A stretch of DNA of 32,000 nucleotides from Synechococcus elongatus PCC 6301 (lineage in GTDB: Bacteria; Cyanobacteriota; Cyanobacteriia; Synechococcales; Synechococcaceae), in contig NC_006576.1 in the NCBI RefSeq assembly GCF_000010065.1, positions 2,460,001 through 2,492,000 on the forward strand. The letters are read 5' to 3'. The notes under the pieces were generated by a model. It was not told where the DNA came from and made no database searches. It worked only from the letters and a program-made list of their open reading frames with translations. Of the stretch, positions 26,024-32,000 are shown one piece after another; positions within the stretch are counted from its first letter, which is position 1; each line of letters begins with the position of its first letter. A program made the position numbers and the translations under genes.

Positions 26024-27473
26024 CAGTCCAGCTCAGCCGCCAAGAAATCACTGAGGCGGACGCGGCTATCCTGCCGAAACTCTTGGACATTGACGCGACT
26101 GAGACAGGCGATCGCCACCAACATGCCCAGAGCCTGAAAAGCGAACACTAGGGCGTAAGCCGGGAACAAGGCGGCTCCGCCAGCAGCCAGTGCTTCTGCC
26201 GAGAGCCCCAATTTGCCCAAATCAAAATCGCCCCACCGCTGACCGTGGCCACAGCGCGGGACAGAGCTTGGGCCAGTCCCCAAGCGCCAATGAAGGTTCC
26301 AGCCGTCTCGGCCAAGGTGAAATCCAGCATCAGGATGATCGAGCCACTGGTAGCAATGCCAGCCCCGAGACCAAACAGCACGATCGCCGATCGCAACAAA
26401 CTGGGCCAAGGCCCCCAACCCGCCGCAATGATCAGACAGAAGCAGAGCGCACTCAGACCACAGCCGACCTGAGCGGTCCGTTCTTTCCCCAATTTGGGCA
26501 CCACCAAAAATCCGGTCACTGCCGTACCGATCAAGGTGCCAAAACCCCAGTAGGCATTGAGCTGCGAGGATTGCCCGACACTAAAGCCAAAGACTTGACC
26601 GGCGTAGGGTTCCAGAATCGCCTCCTGCAAGAACAGGCTGAAGGTCAGGACCGCCAAAAACCCGAAGAAGAAGCCGGTTTGGCGACTCGCCGTCAGAACC
26701 CGCAGGGCACGACCGAGAGTGATGCTGTCCTCGCGATCGCGGCTTTGCGATCGCTCTGCAAAACCAGAATAGCGCCGCTCTACCCCCACCGTTGCCAGCA
26801 GAATTGTGCCAAACACCAGGAGCGGCACCACGGTAAATAGCTGCTGCAGCGAGCCTTGGATTTCAGGCAGTGATGATTCGGCTCCAACCGACTTGAGCAA
26901 AATACCCGTCGTGATCCCGCCGATTACAATCCCCACCATCAGCATTGACCAGACAATACTGACTAACTTGGGTCGGGTGCGCTCATCCGTGACATCCACC
27001 AGCAGCGCCGCGAAGGGTGTCGAACTAGCACTGATGGCCACACCGTACAGGGCAAAGGATAATCCCAGGGCGATCGCATAGAGCCAGGTATTCCCGCCCC
27101 AGCCGCTTTGCTCAAAACTGGCGGCTAAGGGCCAGACCAAGCGCACTGCCAGACTAGCCACTAGGCAAAATGTGGCACTGCCCAGCCAGATGTAGCCGCT
27201 ACGATGCAAGCCCCACAGCGGGCGAGTATCCGAGAGTTGCCCGAACCAGACCCGCACCGGTGCCACAAACTGATGCATGGCGATCGCACCCGCGACTAGT
27301 AACGCCGGCAGCCGGAGCTCATCGATCATGACGCGGTTGAGCACCCCCAGCGTCAGAATCGACATCACGCCAAGGGAGGCTTGAAACAGCCCTAGCCGCA
27401 ACATCGTCCACAGACTGAGGGAAGGCGGCAAAGGCTGCGACTCAACCATGGTGGGCACAGACAAATGAGACAT
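26023..27473 (-). pseudogene. PucC/BCD-family MFS protein, apparently interrupted by a one-base frameshift near 26224-26232
   Basis: N-terminal part in ORF 26148..27473 (LGVLNRVMIDELRLPALLVAGAIAMHQFVAPVRVWFGQLSD...); C-terminal part continues in ORF 26023..26418 frame (GLSAEALAAGGAALFPAYALVFAFQALGMLVAIACLSRVNVQEFRQDSRVRLSDFLAAELD). Restoring one base gives a 483-aa protein. Confidence 0.8.
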
Positions 27474-27519
27474 TCCTTCAACAATGCACTATCAACCCAG
27501 CCTAAGGCTGAGGCAGGCA

Positions 27520-29124
27520 TCAGCCCCCCGCACGTGCCAGATTGTTGACGTTGCTGACGGCCCGTTTGATCCGTGCCAGCGCCAAGTTGTAGGCCGTGAT
27601 CGCGTTGAGGGCGTTAGCTTCAGCTCTTGTTAGATCTCGCTGCGAATCAATCACTTCCGTCTGAGTACCAACACCGGCTTGGAAGCGGAGCCGTGCCAAC
27701 CGTAGCGCTTCCCGAGCCTGCTCAACCGCCTTACGGGTCGTGCCAATATTGGCCAAGTTGGTCTGGAGATCGTAGAAAGCCGTCTCCACGTCCGTCCGAA
27801 TTTGGTTACGAGTCAGAACAAAGTTCTGCTCGGCAATTTGGCCGTTCAGTTCCTGTTGCTGGGCGTTGGCATTGGCCAGACCGCCATCAAATAGCGGCAC
27901 GTTTAGCACCAAACCAATCGAATAGTTGTAGCTGCTGGTATTGGTGAGGGTCGGTGACGGGAAGGTGAGCGCTTGGCTACCACTGCGAAGGTTGCTGTTA
28001 ATCGCCCCATTGACGCCATAGGATGCCTGCAGGCCCAACTGCGGTAACACTTGGCCCCGCGCTGCCTGGGCTTGGTTGTAGCTAATGTTGCGCTGCAGCA
28101 CTTCTCGCTCTAGTTCCGGACGATTTTGGAAGGCGAGCACGATACTCTCATCGAGGCTGAGATTCCAGGGTGCGGCCAGCTCCACGGGGTCCGCCGTCAA
28201 AACATTGACGTTTTGCGGCAGGTTGAGAGCCTGGACTAGGGCGCGGCGGGCTTTGTCCTGGTTGCCGATGCTGTCAACCAAGTTTTGTTGGTCTTGGGCA
28301 AGCTGAACCTGTTGGCGCAACACATCGAATTGAGTCCCGACTCCAGCGCGGAACAGGGCTTCGGCATCCTTCAAGCTACGTTCAGAGGCAACGACTGACT
28401 CGCGGGCAATCCGAACGAGCTGGTCCGCATTCTGCAGGCGGTAATAGGCCTCGGAAACCGTGAGCTGTAAATCCTCAAGGGCCGCTTCGAGATCCAGCTC
28501 TGCTTGGGTGACTTGGTCGCGGCTGGCAGCGAGCTGGGCCCCCCGAACAAAATCAAAAATCGTGTAATTGAGGTTGAGGGTGGCTCTAATCGAGCTTTCG
28601 CCCAAGGTCGTGAAGAGACTGCTGCCTGTGGGCTGAGTGGGAGTGCCCTCAGTCACGTTTAGTCTGGTTCCATTTTGTTGATAGCCGGCAGTGCCTTGAA
28701 GCCCCAAGGTTGGGTAGAGCGCTGCTTCGGTGCCCCGTAGAGCGGCCTGTCGTTGTTGAACCTGTAGCTGCCGAACTTGAATCTGAGGGTTATTGAGGCG
28801 AGCTAGGTTGAGGGCCTGTTCCAAGGTCAGGGGCTGAAGCGCCTCGGTTTTGACTTGATTGGGTTGATTGGGTAGCTGGAAAGGATTGGGATTCGCCTGC
28901 AGCTCTTTGAGTAGATTTGCGTCAGGAACAACTTCCTTGACCGGACCCGGTGCTGGAGTGGTCGTCGGTGTCGTCGCAGGTGGTGTGGTGGCCTGAGCGA
29001 CTGTAGGGGTTGGCTCCGCTGTGGTTGCCTCAGCCAGCTCTGCGATCGCGGTAGGGGGGGTCACACCATGAGCTGCGATCGCCAGAGCGCTCAGAAAAGA
29101 GAGACGGTAGAGAAAAGCAGCCAT
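27520..29124 (-). CDS. tolC: TolC-like outer membrane efflux protein
   Basis: Start MAAFLYRLSFLSALAIAAHG (signal peptide); LTLEQALNLARLNNPQIQVRQLQVQQRQAALRGTEAALYPTLGLQG, VGTQFDVLRQQVQLAQDQQNLVDS, VGTQTEVIDSQRDLTRAEANALNAITAYNLALARIKRAV. Confidence 0.93.
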   Translation of the reverse strand: MAAFLYRLSFLSALAIAAHGVTPPTAIAELAEATTAEPTPTVAQATTPPATTPTTTPAPGPVKEVVPDANLLKELQANPNPFQLPNQPNQVKTEALQPLTLEQALNLARLNNPQIQVRQLQVQQRQAALRGTEAALYPTLGLQGTAGYQQNGTRLNVTEGTPTQPTGSSLFTTLGESSIRATLNLNYTIFDFVRGAQLAASRDQVTQAELDLEAALEDLQLTVSEAYYRLQNADQLVRIARESVVASERSLKDAEALFRAGVGTQFDVLRQQVQLAQDQQNLVDSIGNQDKARRALVQALNLPQNVNVLTADPVELAAPWNLSLDESIVLAFQNRPELEREVLQRNISYNQAQAARGQVLPQLGLQASYGVNGAINSNLRSGSQALTFPSPTLTNTSSYNYSIGLVLNVPLFDGGLANANAQQQELNGQIAEQNFVLTRNQIRTDVETAFYDLQTNLANIGTTRKAVEQAREALRLARLRFQAGVGTQTEVIDSQRDLTRAEANALNAITAYNLALARIKRAVSNVNNLARAGG

Positions 29125-29430
29125 GTAGGGTGTCTGAACAAAAGAGCAGGATAGAGGGTCAGCGGATCCAAGGTCAGGGAATTTTCTTTGCCCAAGGAAT
29201 CCTTGCCTAATGTACCGAGAACCGCAACATTTGCACTTGTTCCCGATCACGCGGGTTGAAGCCAGGACAAGCTGGAGATATCCCAGACCCCTGAAAGGGT
29301 AGGGGCGATCGCCCTAGTACCAGATGGGTGATTCAAGGCAAGGTTTGAGGACTTACGCTAGCAGACCTCTGATCAACCCTGCAGTGGTGACTGCCACTTG
29401 TTTGGGCTGTCCTCCAGAACAGCTCACTGC

Positions 29431-30522
29431 TCAGCGGCAGGGTAAGTCAGGAAGAGCGGCCGCGATCGCAGGGTGAGTCAGGACGCCCTGGGCGACGTTC
29501 AGTCCCTCAGCCAGGCCTGGATCGCGATCACAACTGGCAAGGCCCTGGGCCGCGATCGCTTGAACATAGGGCAGGGTGCTGTTGTTCAGCGCTTGGGTGG
29601 CCGTCCAAGGCACCGCCCCTGGCATATTGGGTACGCCGTAGTGGACGACTCCCGCTTCGAGGTAGATCGGTTGGCTATGACTAGTGGGACGTAGGGTTTC
29701 CACACAGCCCCCTTGATCGACGGCGACATCAACCACCACTGACCCGGGGCGCATCTGGGCAATCAGGTCACGGTTCACCAAAATCGGGGCGCGTCGACCG
29801 GGTACCAGGACGGCTCCGATCAGTAAATCGGCCTGCGGTACACGGGCTTCAATTTCCGCAGGACTGCTATAGAGCAATTCGACGCGGGAGCCAAACAGGG
29901 CCTCTAGTTCTGCTAGCCGCTCAACATTAATGTCGACTATTTGAACTTTGGCCCCCAATCCGATCGCCATCTTGGCTGCTTCAGTCCCAACAATCCCGCC
30001 GCCCAGAATCATGACAGTGCCAGGGCTAACGCCGGGAACCCCGCCGAGCAAAACCCCCCGTCCGCCTTGCTGCCGCTCTAGGAAACGAGCGCCAAATTGT
30101 ACCGACAGCCGTCCGGCAATCCGGCTCATCGGCATCAGTAGGGGCAAGCTGCCATTGCGGGCGGTCACGGTTTCGTAGGCGATCGCAGTGGTTCCGCTGG
30201 CTAGGAGGCGCTCTGTTAGTGGGCGATCGGCGGCGAGGTGCAGGTAGGTGAAGAGCAGCAGATCAGGCCGCAGATAGTCGTACTCTGCTGGCAGGGGCTC
30301 CTTAACCTTGACAACTAGGGGGTGTTGCCAGGCCTCGGTAGCTGTGGCGACCACCTTGGCCCCAGCCAGTAAATAATCCTCGTCCTGAAACCCGGAACCG
30401 ACACCCGCCCCTTGCTCGATCCAGATCTGGTGCCCCTGTAGGGCTAAAGCCCGCACACTAGCAGGGCTCAGTCCCACCCGAAATTCTTGATCCTTGAGCT
30501 CACGCGGCACTCCGATGTCCAT
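29431..30522 (-). CDS. ald: Alanine dehydrogenase
   Basis: 363 aa; MDIGVPRELKDQEFRVGLSPASVRALALQGHQIWIEQGAGVGSGFQDEDY, GGVPGVSPGTVMILGGGIVGTEAAKMAIGLGAKV, DQGGCVETLRPTSHSQPIY. Confidence 0.97.
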   Translation of the reverse strand: MDIGVPRELKDQEFRVGLSPASVRALALQGHQIWIEQGAGVGSGFQDEDYLLAGAKVVATATEAWQHPLVVKVKEPLPAEYDYLRPDLLLFTYLHLAADRPLTERLLASGTTAIAYETVTARNGSLPLLMPMSRIAGRLSVQFGARFLERQQGGRGVLLGGVPGVSPGTVMILGGGIVGTEAAKMAIGLGAKVQIVDINVERLAELEALFGSRVELLYSSPAEIEARVPQADLLIGAVLVPGRRAPILVNRDLIAQMRPGSVVVDVAVDQGGCVETLRPTSHSQPIYLEAGVVHYGVPNMPGAVPWTATQALNNSTLPYVQAIAAQGLASCDRDPGLAEGLNVAQGVLTHPAIAAALPDLPCR

Positions 30523-30570
30523 GCTGCGGTCCCGACTGAACGGGCTTATTGTGGCAGATTCCAGGGATCG

Positions 30571-30589
30571 CGGGGGTCATCCCCGTTTG
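30571..30589 (+). terminator. Hairpin CGGGG-GTCAT-CCCCG with TTTGTT in the ald-hli divergent intergenic region
   Basis: Perfect 5-bp GC stem seen in sequence, immediately upstream of TTGACA and the Hli start region. Confidence 0.35.
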
Positions 30590-30597
30590 TTGACAGA

Positions 30598-30801
30598 ATG
30601 AAACATGATAAAGACAGGCATTCTGCTGCTATGGCCATGCTCGAACCTACTGTGACCCCCCACCGCGATCGCCCCCGCTTTGGCTTCAATGAGACTGCCG
30701 AAAAGCTGAACGGGCGTTTGGCGATGCTGGCCTTCGTCACCCTGATTGCTTTTGAACTCACGACGCACGAGGGCTTCCTGCATTGGCTCGGTCTGGTCTA
30801 G
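30598..30801 (+). CDS. High-light-inducible (Hli/SCP) chlorophyll a/b-binding-like protein; start may instead be 30631 or 30637
   Basis: ...[43 protein letters not shown]; single helix with the ExxNGRxAM motif. Confidence 0.9.
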   Translation: MKHDKDRHSAAMAMLEPTVTPHRDRPRFGFNETAEKLNGRLAMLAFVTLIAFELTTHEGFLHWLGLV

Positions 30802-30812
30802 AACCGCAAACG

Positions 30813-31868
30813 GTGACTGATGCTACCCCTTTGCTGGGGCGATCGCTCCCAGAACTACAGGACTGGGTCGTGGCACAGGGGCAGCCAAGCTATCGGGCCA
30901 AGCAACTGTACCAATGGCTCTACGAGCGGAGCATTCACAATTTGGCGGAGATTAGCGTCTTCCCCAAGGCTTGGCGGCAGAGTTTGCAAGCGGTGCCGGT
31001 GGGGCGATCGCAAATTGTCGATCGCAGTGTTTCCCCTAGCGGCTCCATTAAATACCTACTGCGGCTCCACGATGGCGAAATTATTGAAGCGGTCGGCATT
31101 CCCTCGGGCGATCGCCTGACGGTCTGTGTCTCATCGCAGCTGGGTTGTGCCATGGCCTGCGATTTTTGTGCCACGGGCAAAGGCGGCTTCCGGCGGCATC
31201 TAGCGCCCCACGAAATCATCGATCAGGTGTTGACTGTTCAGGAAGACTGGCAACAACGGGTCAGCAATATTGTCTTTATGGGGATGGGCGAGCCTTTGCT
31301 CAACCTCGATGCTGTGCTGGCGGCGATTCGCTGCCTCAACCAAGACATCGGTATTGGCCAGCGCGGAATCACCGTCTCGACTGTCGGCATCCCCGGCCAC
31401 ATTCGCCGCTTAGCAGAAACCAAACGGGTGGGCGATCGCCCCCTGCAATTCACCTTGGCGGTCAGTCTCCACGCCCCCAACCAAGCGATCCGCGATCGCC
31501 TGATTCCCAGCTCACGCCACTACCCAATCACCGACTTGCTGCAGGAATGCCGCGACTATGTTCAGATCACGGGGCGGCGAGTCACCTTCGAGTACATTCT
31601 GCTGGCGGGGCTAAACGATCAGCCCGAGCAGGCAGAACAACTAGCCCAGCTCCTCCGGGGGTTCCAGAGTCACGTCAACCTCATCCCTTGCAACCCCATT
31701 GATGAGGTTGAATATCAACGCCCCAGCAAAGCGCGGGTGGATGCCTTTGCCGACGCCCTGCGTCAACAGCGGGTAGCGGTCACAGTGCGCTGGTCTAAAG
31801 GTCTTGGCGCCGATGCCGCCTGTGGTCAGCTGCGAGCCAACCGTTCCACCGCGACGCTCCCTGCCTAG
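30813..31868 (+). CDS. rlmN: 23S rRNA (adenine(2503)-C(2))-methyltransferase RlmN; GTG start proposed
   Basis: Radical [90 protein letters not shown] 30813 lies 12 nt after the Hli stop. Confidence 0.96.
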   Translation: MTDATPLLGRSLPELQDWVVAQGQPSYRAKQLYQWLYERSIHNLAEISVFPKAWRQSLQAVPVGRSQIVDRSVSPSGSIKYLLRLHDGEIIEAVGIPSGDRLTVCVSSQLGCAMACDFCATGKGGFRRHLAPHEIIDQVLTVQEDWQQRVSNIVFMGMGEPLLNLDAVLAAIRCLNQDIGIGQRGITVSTVGIPGHIRRLAETKRVGDRPLQFTLAVSLHAPNQAIRDRLIPSSRHYPITDLLQECRDYVQITGRRVTFEYILLAGLNDQPEQAEQLAQLLRGFQSHVNLIPCNPIDEVEYQRPSKARVDAFADALRQQRVAVTVRWSKGLGADAACGQLRANRSTATLPA

Positions 31869-31947
31869 GGCAAATAGTGGCGAGCGAGGCCGCTGTTGCT
31901 TCTACATTCAATCCCGAGGTCAGAATCGGCTGTGCTGCTGCGATCGG

Positions 31948-32000
31948 TCACTCCCCCTGTAGCGATCGCCAGTCCAGGTTGAATTTCTCCTTGAGATCCT
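31948..32000 (-). CDS. Possible C-terminal end of a gene entering from the right edge
   Basis: Open minus frame ending DLKEKFNLDWRSLQGE*; too short to identify and another frame is also open across this stretch. Confidence 0.3.
   Translation of the reverse strand, partial: DLKEKFNLDWRSLQGE

Larger units (their letters stand above)
1..32000. repeat. HIP1 highly iterated palindrome GCGATCGC, dispersed throughout
   Basis: Copies read at 234-241, 833-840, 1123-1130, 1319-1326, 1969-1976, 2485-2492, 2526-2533, 2828-2835, 3238-3245, 3383-3390, 3650-3657, 3664-3671, with continuing high density. Confidence 0.95.

Noticed and set aside
27498-27510. CAGCC-TAA-GGCTG inverted repeat between the MFS and tolC genes
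   Set aside because: Only 5 bp, no T tract; not enough to call a terminator.
31145-31702. Plus ORF 185 aa inside rlmN
   Set aside because: Alternate frame of the conserved radical SAM gene.
1-32000. Search for CRISPR arrays, transposase/IS ends, prophage genes, toxin-antitoxin, restriction systems, retrons, rRNA and tRNA
   Set aside because: No regularly spaced repeats, no transposase or phage-like product, and no tRNA-like T-arm consensus noticed by eye. tRNAscan-SE, Infernal and a defence-system search would be needed to confirm absence.
31869-32000. Minus frame [44 protein letters not shown] ending at the rlmN stop region
   Set aside because: Open but unremarkable composition; competing frame ending DLKEKFNLDWRSLQGE* looks more protein-like. 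Sequence beyond the window is required.

Overview
The window looks like an ordinary core-genome segment of a unicellular cyanobacterium. The HIP1 octamer GCGATCGC is very dense and gene content matches Synechococcus elongatus (inferred from recalled gene order, not checked against a database). I identify about 25 protein-coding genes. They include the start of a TamB-like protein, SufU-like/Ycf51/DUF4332, a SigF-type sigma factor, UPF0182, ThrC plus a MoaD/ThiS-like protein, MutL, RecN and an ABC1/AarF kinase. They also include a PD-(D/E)XK-like nuclease, PhoH, S21, a KH protein, S16, Ffh and cytochrome bd CydAB. The remainder are a pseudopilin-like protein, an MSMEG_0570-family protein, an inositol monophosphatase-family protein, a PucC/BCD-family MFS protein, a TolC-like protein, alanine dehydrogenase, an Hli protein and RlmN. 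I see no CRISPR array, transposon, prophage, rRNA or recognisable tRNA, and no convincing new multi-gene system. The observations most worth following up are: an apparent single-base frameshift in the PucC-family gene near 26224-26232; an isolated MSMEG_0570-type gene; a thrC-moaD pair with an exposed GG terminus; a divergent pilin-like protein lacking Glu5; an orphan nuclease-like gene; a possible degenerate lipid-kinase-like gene; and a few terminator-like hairpins and small unannotated ORFs.
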